Assembly: GCA_963716255.1 (NCBI GenBank)
Contig: OY970303.1
Coordinates: forward strand, 2,912,001-2,976,000
DNA length: 64,000 nt
Source of the DNA: an uncultured Gemmatimonadales bacterium
GTDB lineage: Bacteria > Gemmatimonadota > Gemmatimonadetes > Longimicrobiales > Longimicrobiaceae
Direction: 5' to 3'
Positions 48,100 to 57,900 of this stretch are shown here, piece after piece. The position numbers and the translations under genes are program-made. The notes below the pieces were generated by a model, which worked only from the letters and a program-made list of their open reading frames with translations, did not search any database and was not told the DNA's origin. Numbering within the stretch: position 1 is the stretch's first letter; every line of letters begins with the position of its first letter.

Positions 48100-48999
48100 A
48101 TGCCGACACCGAGCTCCGCGACCCCCGACGCCCGCCGCGCGGGCACTTTCGCCCTGGGCGGCAACCTCCCCGTGCACCGCCTGGGCTTCGGCGCCATGCG
48201 CATCACCGGAAAGGGCGTCTGGGGCCCCCCGGCGGACCGCGACGAGGCCATCCGCGTGCTGCGCCGCGCCGTGCAGCTGGGGACCGACCTGATCGACACG
48301 GCCGATTCGTACGGCCCCAACGTGAGCGAGGAGCTGATCGCGGAGGCGCTGCACCCGTACCCGCGCGGGCTGGTGATCGCCACCAAGGCGGGGTTCGAGC
48401 GCTCGGGCCCGGACCAGTGGGAGATGAACGGCCACCCCCGGTACCTGCGCCGGCAGTGCGAGGCCAGCCTGAAGCGCCTGCGCCTGGACCACATCGACCT
48501 GTACCAGCTGCACCGCATCGACCCCAAGATCCCCGCGGAGGACCAGGTCGGGACCTTTTCCGACCTGCGCGACGAGGGCAAGGTGCGCCACGTGGGCCTC
48601 TCGGAGGTGACCGTGGAGGAGATCGAGCACGCGCGCCGGATCGTGCCCATCGTCTCGGTGCAGAACCGCTACAACCTCGCGGACCGCGCCTGGGAGGCCA
48701 CGCTGGACTACTGCGAGCGCGAGGGGATCGCCTTCATCCCCTGGTACCCGCTGGCGGCGGGCCCGCTGGCGGAGGAGGGGGGCCCGGCGGCGCGCATCGC
48801 GGAGAAGCTGGGCGCGACCCCGGGACAGGTGGCGCTCGCCTGGCTGCTGCGCCGCTCGCCGGTGATGCTCCCCATCCCCGGCACCAGCAGGGTGAAGCAC
48901 CTGGAGGAGAACGTCGCGGGCACGGCGGTGGAGCTCGACGACGAGGACTTCGAGGAGCTGAACCGGGCCAGCACGCCCGAGTCGGAGGACGAGGAATAA
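48100..48999 (+). CDS. Aldo/keto reductase
   Basis: [36 protein letters not shown]. Confidence 0.95.
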   Translation: MPTPSSATPDARRAGTFALGGNLPVHRLGFGAMRITGKGVWGPPADRDEAIRVLRRAVQLGTDLIDTADSYGPNVSEELIAEALHPYPRGLVIATKAGFERSGPDQWEMNGHPRYLRRQCEASLKRLRLDHIDLYQLHRIDPKIPAEDQVGTFSDLRDEGKVRHVGLSEVTVEEIEHARRIVPIVSVQNRYNLADRAWEATLDYCEREGIAFIPWYPLAAGPLAEEGGPAARIAEKLGATPGQVALAWLLRRSPVMLPIPGTSRVKHLEENVAGTAVELDDEDFEELNRASTPESEDEE

Positions 49000-49020
49000 G
49001 AGTCTCGCGACGGCGGTGCG

Positions 49021-49058
49021 AGGCCCTTCCCGGCACGGCGCCGGGAAGGGCCTTTCTT
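49021..49058 (+). terminator. Intrinsic terminator
   Basis: AGGCCCTTCCCGGC…GCCGGGAAGGGCCT followed by TTCTT. Confidence 0.75.
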
Positions 49059-49160
49059 CGTTCGCCCCCCGCGGGAACCGTCCTCAGCGGGGGACCGAGA
49101 GATCGCGGCGACACCGACCGGCGACCCGGCGAGACGAGCGGTCGGCCTTCGTTTTGGCCC

Positions 49161-49190
49161 TTGACACACGCATAATTCCCGTGTAGATAT
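49161..49190 (+). promoter_or_regulatory. Candidate sigma70 promoter for the 49422 operon
   Basis: TTGACA-17 nt-TAGATA(T) in an AT-rich patch; the -10 is imperfect. Confidence 0.55.
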
Positions 49191-49421
49191 ACCAAACAAA
49201 GACCGAACACCGGCCCGCATCGTCCCGGACGGAAGGGGCGGGTCGAGGAGGAAAGCCGCGTGCTCCGCCGGAGGGACCCGGCCGGCACGAACAACTCAGC
49301 AGCGCGACCTCCCGGGCATTTCCGGGCCGCCGGCCGGTCATCCGACCGGCCGGGCACGGCGACGGTCCCCGGGCTCTCTCCCGGGGACCCGTTCTCCACC
49401 GGATCTACACGGGAGGCAGCA

Positions 49422-50414
49422 ATGGTACGCGTAACGATCGACATCTTCTCCGGGCGCCCGAATCCCTCGTTCCTCCTGGACGAGAAGGAAGCGCGCGAGA
49501 TCCTGCGCCAGCTCGGCTCGACGCCCGAGGCGGTCACGCACGAGGACGTGGCCGCGGGGGTCCTGGGCTACCGCGGGATGATCCTGGAGCTGGAGGAGGA
49601 GCACGCCGGGAAGCTCGCGCTGCCGCGCCGGCTGCGCGTGGGCGGCGGGGTCTCCAAGGACGAGGGGCGCGGGCTGGAGCTGGCGCAGCGCCTGCTGGAG
49701 AAGGCCGGCAAGCTCACCCCGGCGGCCGAGGGGGACTTCGGCAAGCTGGGGGTGTACGACGAGGGCGCGCTGAAGAAGCTGGTGGGGGAGGAGCTGCTGC
49801 TGGTGGAGTCGCGCAACGCGGCCGTGCGGGCCGCGGCGACGGCGGCCGACCCGAACGCCCCCATCGCGGTTCTCCCCGACGACGAGGAGGGCTCGGTGTC
49901 CATCCAGGCCGCGGCTCCGGTCCTGGGGCGTGACGCCACCACCTGGGGCGCGTACACCGTGGGCTCGTGCAGCATCGAGGCTTCGGCGTTCAACCCGGGC
50001 TTCTGGAACACGTCGGGCACCGTCCGGCTGAACAACAACTGCTACAACTACGCCAACAACAAGCGCACGGACACCTTCGCCCAGCCGGGGCGGGCCACCG
50101 GCGCGCAGACCGGCACGATGCAGTGCGCCAACGTGGGGACCGCCGCCGTGAGCGACGGGCTGAAGGCGTACCCCACCTGCGCCACCACCGGGGTGCCGCG
50201 CTACTACGTGGCGCTGGTGATCGCTCCCGGGGTCGACTACCACTGGTACCGCTACCAGAGCAACGGCTACTACGGGCACAAGCCGGGGCAGACCAATGCC
50301 ATCAACACGGACAACAGCGGGGTGGTGATCACCAACCCGCAGACCGCCAACCGCGGAATCTACACCAACTTCTGCGGCTACTACACCGCCCCCACCAACG
50401 CGCAGATCGCATGA
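49422..50414 (+). CDS. Putative papain/transglutaminase-like Cys-His enzyme with N-terminal 'SGRPNP' domain
   Basis: GGGAGG RBS; N-terminal DIFSGRPNP…LGYRG; C-terminal NNCYNYA, QPG, DYHWYR, HKPGQT, FCGY. Confidence 0.75.
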   Translation: MVRVTIDIFSGRPNPSFLLDEKEAREILRQLGSTPEAVTHEDVAAGVLGYRGMILELEEEHAGKLALPRRLRVGGGVSKDEGRGLELAQRLLEKAGKLTPAAEGDFGKLGVYDEGALKKLVGEELLLVESRNAAVRAAATAADPNAPIAVLPDDEEGSVSIQAAAPVLGRDATTWGAYTVGSCSIEASAFNPGFWNTSGTVRLNNNCYNYANNKRTDTFAQPGRATGAQTGTMQCANVGTAAVSDGLKAYPTCATTGVPRYYVALVIAPGVDYHWYRYQSNGYYGHKPGQTNAINTDNSGVVITNPQTANRGIYTNFCGYYTAPTNAQIA

Positions 50415-50857
50415 CCCACCGCGCACGCCGGGCCGGGACCTCCGTCCTGGCGTGCGCACTCCTGGCGGGGGGCGGCTCCGGCTGCTCCCCGCCCAGCACG
50501 AGGGGAGGGACCCGGATGCAAGTGGAAGCGGACGTCTACAGCGGGCGGCCGAACCCGCGCTGGGCGCTGGACGCGGCGCTCGGGGCGGAGGCCGCCCGGC
50601 GGCTGGGGGAGCTCCCGGCCGCGCGGCCCGAGCCGCCCTTCGAGGGGCTGGGCTACCGCGGGCTCGTGGTCACCGGCCTGGAGGGGGAGTGCCCGGAGGT
50701 GCGGGTGCACGGGGGCCGGGTGCGGGCGGAGTGCGGGGGCGAGACCCGCGCCTGGACCGACCCCGGGCAGGAGCTGGAGCGGTGGCTGCTGGCCACCGGC
50801 GAGGGCCGGGTGGAGCCGGCGACGATGGAGCTGCTGCGGAGTCAGGCCGGCGGGTGA
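50411..50857 (+). CDS. Stand-alone 'SGRPNP' domain protein, predicted lipoprotein
   Basis: ATGA overlap with the upstream gene; signal ending GSGC; DVYSGRPNPRW.L…GLGYRG…DP…LERWL. Confidence 0.8.
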   Translation: MTHRARRAGTSVLACALLAGGGSGCSPPSTRGGTRMQVEADVYSGRPNPRWALDAALGAEAARRLGELPAARPEPPFEGLGYRGLVVTGLEGECPEVRVHGGRVRAECGGETRAWTDPGQELERWLLATGEGRVEPATMELLRSQAGG

Positions 50858-50959
50858 GGCCGGTCCTCCGGTGACCGCCGCGCGGGCGGGTCGTCCATTG
50901 ACGGGGGATGCGGCGCGCCCCATCTTCCCCGAAGAAAACGCGAACACCGGAGGCGGCGC

Positions 50960-51460
50960 ATGAAAGGATCGTTGAACTCTGCGGCGGCCGGCGGGGCTGC
51001 CCTGCGGGCTCCATGGGCCGGTCTCGCCCTCCTGGCGCTGGGGCTGCTGGCGGGGACGGCTCCCGCCTGCTCGGCGCCGCTCCCGGAGGGCGGCGCCCAA
51101 CCCAAGCTGGTGGTGCAGGCGGACGTGTTCAGCGGCCGCCCCAACCCGGAGTGGTCGCTGGAGGCCGGCGAGACCGGCGAGTTCCGGCACCTCTTCGGCC
51201 GTCTCCGCGCCCCGGGCGCGCCCGGCGGACTGCACGACGGGCTGGGCTACCGGGGCTTCGTGGTCTTCGGGACGGAGGCGGTGATCCCCGGGTGCGACGA
51301 GGTCCGGGTGCAGGGGCAGCAGGTGGTGGCCCACTGCGAGGGCGGCGACCGGTGGTACGCGGACCCCGACCGCTCGCTGGAGCGCTGGCTCGCGGCGGGT
51401 GCGGAGGGGCGGGCCGGCGCGGACGTGGTCCGGCTGCTGCGGGAGCACACCCGCGGCTGA
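50960..51460 (+). CDS. Second stand-alone 'SGRPNP' domain protein, predicted lipoprotein
   Basis: GGAGG RBS; signal ending APAC; DVFSGRPNPEW.L…GLGYRG…DP…LERWL. Confidence 0.8.
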   Translation: MKGSLNSAAAGGAALRAPWAGLALLALGLLAGTAPACSAPLPEGGAQPKLVVQADVFSGRPNPEWSLEAGETGEFRHLFGRLRAPGAPGGLHDGLGYRGFVVFGTEAVIPGCDEVRVQGQQVVAHCEGGDRWYADPDRSLERWLAAGAEGRAGADVVRLLREHTRG

Positions 51461-51496
51461 CCGGGGCGGGCACACCGGCCGGGGACGGACTGAACG

Positions 51497-51539
51497 CGGC
51501 GAGGGGCCGGGGATTCGATCCCCGGCCCCTCGCCGTTTT
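51497..51539 (+). terminator. Intrinsic terminator closing the three-gene unit
   Basis: CGGCGAGGGGCCGGGGAT-TCG-ATCCCCGGCCCCTCGCCG-TTTT. Confidence 0.85.
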
Positions 51540-51552
51540 CCACGGGCCCACC

Positions 51553-51790
51553 CGGCTCGCCGGAGGCTCGCCATCCTTTCCCGAGCCTGGAAGGAGCGAG
51601 CACGACGGAGTGGGGGCTGGACCCGCCGCGTGGACCTTCCCCTCACCCCCCGACCCCCTCCCCCGCAAGGGGGGAGGGGGAGCACGACACGACGAAGCCG
51701 AGGGTCAGGAAGCCCTCCCCCAGAATTGGGGAGGGTGGCGAGCCTCAAGCGAGCCGGGTGGGGGCTCCCCCGCGGACGCCAGGGCGAGCC
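51553..51790. repeat. REP-like family C cluster
   Basis: CCCTCCCCCGCAAGGGGGGAGGG, CCCTCCCCCAGAATTGGGGGAGGG, GGTGGCGAGCCTCAAGCGAGCCGGGTG. Confidence 0.75.
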
Positions 51791-51791
51791 C

Positions 51792-51925
51792 CGCGTGAGG
51801 GATTCCGGCCCGAAGGGGCGAGACCCGGCGAGGCTGTTTCCGCCGGGGCTCGACTCCGTTGCAGACGGTCGTTTCGTCTGCTACGGAGCCGAAGCCCGAC
51901 CCCGGCGACAGCCGGGGGCACGCCC
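51792..51925 (-). repeat. Structured repeat family A, copy 9 (stem GCAGACG)
   Basis: Reverse-complement copy of the scaffold. Confidence 0.92.
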
Positions 51926-51952
51926 AAACCTGCCGTTCAGAACCGTTTCAAC

Positions 51953-54900
51953 CTACCCCTCCAGCGCCCGCTCCACCTCGCGGGCCAGCGCCTCGGCGTG
52001 CGGCTCGCGGACCATGCTGAAGTGGCTCCCCGGCACGGAACGCACTTCCACCCCGCCCTCCAGCAGCTGCTCCCACCCGGCGCTCTCGGCCTCGGCGGGG
52101 TCGTGCTCGGCGGCGCGCAGCAGCGTGGCCGCGCCCGCCCACGCCGACGGCCGGTAGCCGTACAGCGCCGCCAGGTTGGCCCTGAACACCGCGTACAGCT
52201 GCCCGATGCGCTCCGCGTCCAGCTCCGGCGGCACCAGCCCCGCCGCCCGCGCCCCCTCCAGCACCCGCCCCAGGTACCCCCGCTCCTCCGCGTCCGCCGC
52301 CCCGGCCGCGAGCGTCCATCGCTCCGCCGGGAGCCCCATGTCCTGCGCGAAGATGCGCACCAGCACCGCCTCGCCGACCGGCAGGACGCGGCCGTGCAGC
52401 GCGGGCACCTGCGCGTCCACCAGCACCAGCCGCTCCACCCGCTCGCCGGCGGCCTCCAGCCGGCGCGCCATCTCGAAGGCGACCACCCCGCCCATGGACC
52501 AGCCGCCCAGCCGGTACGGCCCGGCCGGCTGCACCTCCCGCATGGCGCGGAGGTAGTCCGACGCCATCTCCTCCACCGTGCGCGCGGGCTCCACGCCGGC
52601 GGCAAGGCCGCGCGAGCGCAGGCCGTACACCGGCTGCTCCGGGTCCAGGCGCCGGGCCAGCGCGGCGTAGGCGAGCACGTCGCCGCCCACGGGGTGCACC
52701 AGGAAGAGCGGCGTGCGGCTCCCCCCCGGGCGCACGGGGACGAGCGGCGAGCCGTCGTCGCGGGCGCCGCCGCGGCGCAGCTCGGCGGCGAGCAGCTCCA
52801 CGGTGGGGGCGGTGAAGAGCGCGGCCAGGGGGAGGCGCGCGCCGGTGGCCTGCTCCACGCGCGCCATGAGGCGCACGGCCAGCAGCGAGTGCCCGCCGAG
52901 TGCGAAGAAGCCGTCGCGCACGCCCACGCGCTCCAGGCCGAGCACGTCCTCCCAGATGCGCGCGAGCGCCAGCTCCAGGGTGTCGCGGGGGGCGAGGTAC
53001 CCGCCCGCGCCGGCGTCCTCCGCACGCTCCGGGGCGGGGAGGGCCCGCCGGTCGATCTTTCCGTTGGGGGAAAGGGGGAAGCCCGCCAGCACCACCACGG
53101 CGGCGGGCACCATGTACTCCGGCAGGTGGAGCCCCACGTGCGCCCTCAGCTCCGCCGCGCCGGGGTGCGGATCCCCGGCGAGGGTGACGTAGGCGACGAT
53201 GCGCCGGTCGCCGGGCGCGCCGGAGGCGGAATCCTCCCGCACCACGGCCACGGCGTCGCGCACGGCGGGATGGCGGCCCAGGACGGCTTCAATCTCGCCC
53301 AGCTCGATGCGGAAGCCGCGCACCTTGACCTGGAAATCGGTGCGCCCCAGGTACTCCAGCTCGCCGCCGGGGCGCCGGCGGACGCGGTCCATCACCCGGT
53401 ACATGCGGCCGCCGGGCTCGCCGAAGGGGTCGGGGAGGAACCGCTCGGCGGTGAGGTCCGGGCGGGCGGCGTACCCCCGCGCCAGCTTGCCGCCCGCCAG
53501 GTACAGCTCGCCGACGACGCCCGCGGGCACCGGCTGGAGGTGGCGGTCCAGCACGTACGCCTGCGTGTTCGCCACCGGCCGCCCCACCAGGACCCGCTCC
53601 CCGCCCCGCTCCACGAGGGAATACGTGGAGTAGGTGGTGTCCTCGGTGGGCCCGTACAGGTTGCCCACGCGCTCCACCGTGCCCAGGGCGTACAATCCCT
53701 GCGCCAGCGGGAGGGGAAGGGCCTCGCCGCCCAGGTTGAGGGTCCGCACGCTCGCGGGGATGCCGCCGGCGCGCAGCAGCTCCGCCGCGGCGCTGGGGAC
53801 CATGCTGGCGTAGACGACCTGCTCGCCCGCGGGCAGCTCCGCCAGCTCCAGGGCGTTCTCCACCATCACCAGCCTGCCGCCCCACGCCAGCGTGCCGAAG
53901 ATTTCCGCCACCGACACGTCGAAGCTGACGGAGGTGGAAAACAGGACCGCCGACCGCTCGGCGTCCGACACGTTCTCCCGCATCCAGTGCAGCAGCACGA
54001 CGACGGACGAGTGGCGGATCATCACGCCCTTGGGCCGCCCGGTGGAGCCCGAGGTGAAGATGACGTGCGACAGGTTCTCGGGATCCGCCCCGCTCTCGGG
54101 CGCCGCGTCCGGCTCCGCGGCGAGGGCGTCGCGCGCCGCGTCCAGCGCGAGCACGTCCGCCACGCTCTCCGGCAGGCTGCCCGCAAGCCGCCCTTCGGTC
54201 AGCACCAGGGCGATGCCGGCGTCCTCCACCATGTACCCCAATCGCTCGGGCGGGTACGCCGGGTCCAGCGGCACGTAGGCGCCGCCCGCCTTGAGCACGC
54301 CCAGCAGCGCCACCAGCAGCTCGGGCGTGCGGCTCATGCACACGCCCACCCGGCTCTCCGGACCCACCCCGCGCCGCCGCAGCGCGTGGGCCAGCCGGTT
54401 CGCGCGCCGCTCCAGCTCGCCGTACGTCGTCCGCTCGCCCCGCCAGGAAACGGCGACGGCCTCCGGCGTCCGCGCGGCCTGCGCCGCGAACAGGTCGTGC
54501 ACCCGCATCCCCGCAGGGTACGCCCGCTCCGTCGCGTTCCACTCCGCCAGCACCCGCGCCCGCTCGGCGTCCGGCAGGAACCGGATCTCCGTGAACGGCC
54601 GCTCCGACTCCGCCGCCATCCCTTCCAGGAGCGCGGCCAGGTGCACGGCCATCCGCTCGATGGTGGCGCCCTCCCACAGGTCGGTGCGGAAGGAGAGCGC
54701 GCCCACCAGGCGCTCGCCGGCGTCGGTCACGTTCAGCGTCAGGTCGAACTTTTCCGTCCCGCCGGCGGCGCGCAGCGGCTCCACGTCCACCCCGCCCAGC
54801 TCCAGCGCGTCCGCCTCGTCCCGCGCCGCGCTGTAGGTGAACATTGCCTGGAACAGCGGCGCGTGCGCCAGGCTCCGCTCCACGCTCAGCTCCTCCACCA

Positions 54901-57900
54901 GCCGCTCGAACGGAAGGTCCTGGTGCGCGTGCGCCTCCAGCACACGCTCCCGCACCCGCCTCACCAGCTCCCCACCCCCCGGCTCCCCCGACAGGTCCGT
55001 CCGCAGCACCAGCGTGTTCACGAAGAACCCGATCAGTCCCTCCGTCTCCAGCCGCGTCCGGCCCGCGATCGGCGTCCCCACCACCACGTCCTCCTCCCCC
55101 GCGTACCGCCCCAGCAGCGCCGCGAAGCCCCCCAGCAGCACGGTGAACAGCGTCGCCCCCTCCCGCCGCGACAGCGCCCGCAGACCCGCCGTCGCCTCCG
55201 CCGACAGCGCGAACCCCCGCGCCGCCCCCCGGTCGCTCGCCACCGCCGGACGCACGTGGTCCGTCGGCAGCTCCAGCAGCGGCGGCGCGCCCCCCAGCCG
55301 CTCCCGCCAGTAGGCGATCTGCCGCTCCAGCGTTTCCCCCACCAGCCACGCCCGCTGCCACACCGCGTAGTCCGCGTACTGCACCGGCAGCTCCGCCAGC
55401 GGCGTGGGCCGCCCCGCCGAGTACGCTCCGTACAGCGCCGACACTTCCCGCGTCAGCACGCCCATGCTCCACCCGTCGCCCACGATGTGGTGCAGGTTCA
55501 CCAGCAGCACGTGCTCGCCCTCGCCCGCGCGCACCAGCGTCGCCCGCAGCAGCGGGCCCCGCGCCAGGTCGAACGGACGCCGCGCGTCCTCGCCCGCAAG
55601 GCGCAGCACCTCGGCCTCGCGCCCGCCCTCCGCAAGCCCGCCCAGCTCCACCACGGCGAGGCGGTGCTCCCCGGCGGGCCGGACGGCCTGCACCGGCTCG
55701 CCGCTCACCATCCCGAACACGGTGCGCAGCGATTCGTGCCGCCGCACCAGCTCGCCGAGCGACCGGCGCAGGGCCACGACGTCCAGCGCGCCGCGAAGCC
55801 GCAGCGGGAAGGGCATGTTGTACGTGGCGCTCCCCGGCTCCAGCTGGTCGATGAACCACAGCCGCTGCTGCGCGAACGACAGCGGCAGCGGCGCATCGTC
55901 GCGCGGGACGGGCACCAGCGGCGGCGCCGCCATCCCCACGCCCTCGCGAAGCGCAGCGTCCGCGCGCACCGCCAGCCCCGCCACGGTGGGCGCCTCGAAC
56001 AGCGCCCGCAGCGGGATCTCCACGCCCAGCGAGGCGGCCGCGCGGGAAACCACCTGCGTGGCCAGCAGCGAGTGCCCGCCCAGCGTGAAGAAGTCCTCCG
56101 TCACCCCCACGCGCTCCCGCCGCAGGACGTCCGCCCAGATCCCCGCCAGGATCTCCTCCGTCGGCGTCCGCGGCGGCACGTACGCCGCGCCGCCCGCGCC
56201 GTACTCCGGGGCCGGCAGCGCCCTGACGTCCAGCTTGCCGTTGGGAGTGAGCGGGAGATGCTCCAGCGCCACGAACCCGCCCGGCACCATGTACTCCGGA
56301 AGGCTGTGCCGCAGGTGATCGCGCAGCGCGTCCGCGTCCGCCCCGCCCACCACGTACGCCACCAGGCGCTGCTCGCCCGGCTCGTCCTCCCGCACGATCA
56401 CCCGCGCCTCGCGCACTTCCGCATGCGCGCACAGCACCGCCTCGATCTCCCCCGGCTCGATCCGGAAGCCCCGCACCTTCACCTGCTCGTCCACCCGCCC
56501 CACGAACTCCAGCTTCCCGTCCGCCTTCCAGCGCAGCCGGTCCCCCGTCCGGTACATCCGGGTCCCCGCATCCACGGCGAACGGGTCCGGCACGAAGCGC
56601 TCGGCCGTCAGCTCCGGCCGGTCCAGGTAGCCGCGCACCACGCCGTCCCCGCCCACGTACGCCTCCCCCGCCACGCCCACCGGCACCGGCTCCAGCGACG
56701 CGTCCAGCAGGTAGATGCGCTGGTTCCCCGTCGGCAGGCCCACCGACACCGTCAGCGCGTCCTCGGCCACGTGCTCCACCTGCTCGTACGAGCACCAGGC
56801 GGTGGTCTCCGTCGGCCCGTACATGTGCAGCAGCCGCTCCGGCCTGCCCGCCGCCAGGAGCCGCCGCACGCTGTCCGCGTCCGCCGCCTGCCCGCCGAAG
56901 AGGACTTCCCGCAGCGGCGCGAAGATGTCGGGCTGCTCGCGCGAGAGCTGGTTGAGCAGCGCGGTGGTCTGGTAGAGCGTGGTGATGCGCTGCTCGCGCA
57001 GCGTCTCGCGGAACGCGGCCGGCGAGAGCAGCACGTCGCGGGGGATGCCGACGAGGGTGGCGCCGTTCATCAGCGCGCCCCAGGCCTCGAAGGTCAGCGC
57101 GTCGAAGCTGGCGTTGGAGGCCTGCGCCACGCGGTCGCCCGGCTGGAAGCGGACGTAGTCCGTTTCCACGGCCAGCTGCACGACGTGGCGGTGGGCCACC
57201 ATGACGCCCTTGGGGCGCCCGGTGCTCCCGCTCGTGTAGACGATGTAGGCCAGGTTCTCCGCCGTGGCCCCGCTGCGCGGCGCCTCCGCGGACTCGCGGG
57301 CGAGGGCTTCGGCCGCCTCGTCCAGGAGGACGACCGGCACGCCGCCCGCCTCCGCCGCGAAGGGCACGTCGCCGCGGCTGAGGAGCACGCGCACGCTGCT
57401 GTCGTCCAGCATCATGCGCAGACGCTCGGCCGGGTAGCCGGGGTCCAGGGGGACGTAGCAGCCGCCGGCCTTGAGGACGGCCAGGATGGCGGCGACCAGC
57501 TCCGGGCCGCGCTCCAGCAGCACGCCCACGCGGCTCTCCGGTCCCACGCCGAGGCCGGCCAGGTGCCGCGCCAGCCGGTTCGTACGCGCGTCCAGCTGCG
57601 CGTAGGTCAGCTCCACGCCGCCCCACACCAGCGCCGCCGCGTCGGGCCTTTCCCGCACCTGCGCCTCGAACAGCTCGTGGATGCAGACGCCGCGCGGGTA
57701 CGGGCGCGCCGTCCGGTTCCACGCCTGCACCACCTGTTCGCGCTCGGCGCCGCCCAGGATCTCCACCTCGGCGAGGCGGCGGTCGGGACGGGCGGCGACG
57801 CCGTCGAGCAGGTTGCCGAAGTGCTCCAGCAGGCGGTCTATGGTGGCGACCTCGAACAGGTCGGAGCGGAAGGCGACGGCGCCGGAGATCTGGTCGCCGG

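Noticed and set aside
10835..51925. Family A as a CRISPR-like repeat/spacer system
   Set aside because: Copies are dispersed rather than arrayed, the variable part is only 7 nt and self-complementary, and no cas genes are present.
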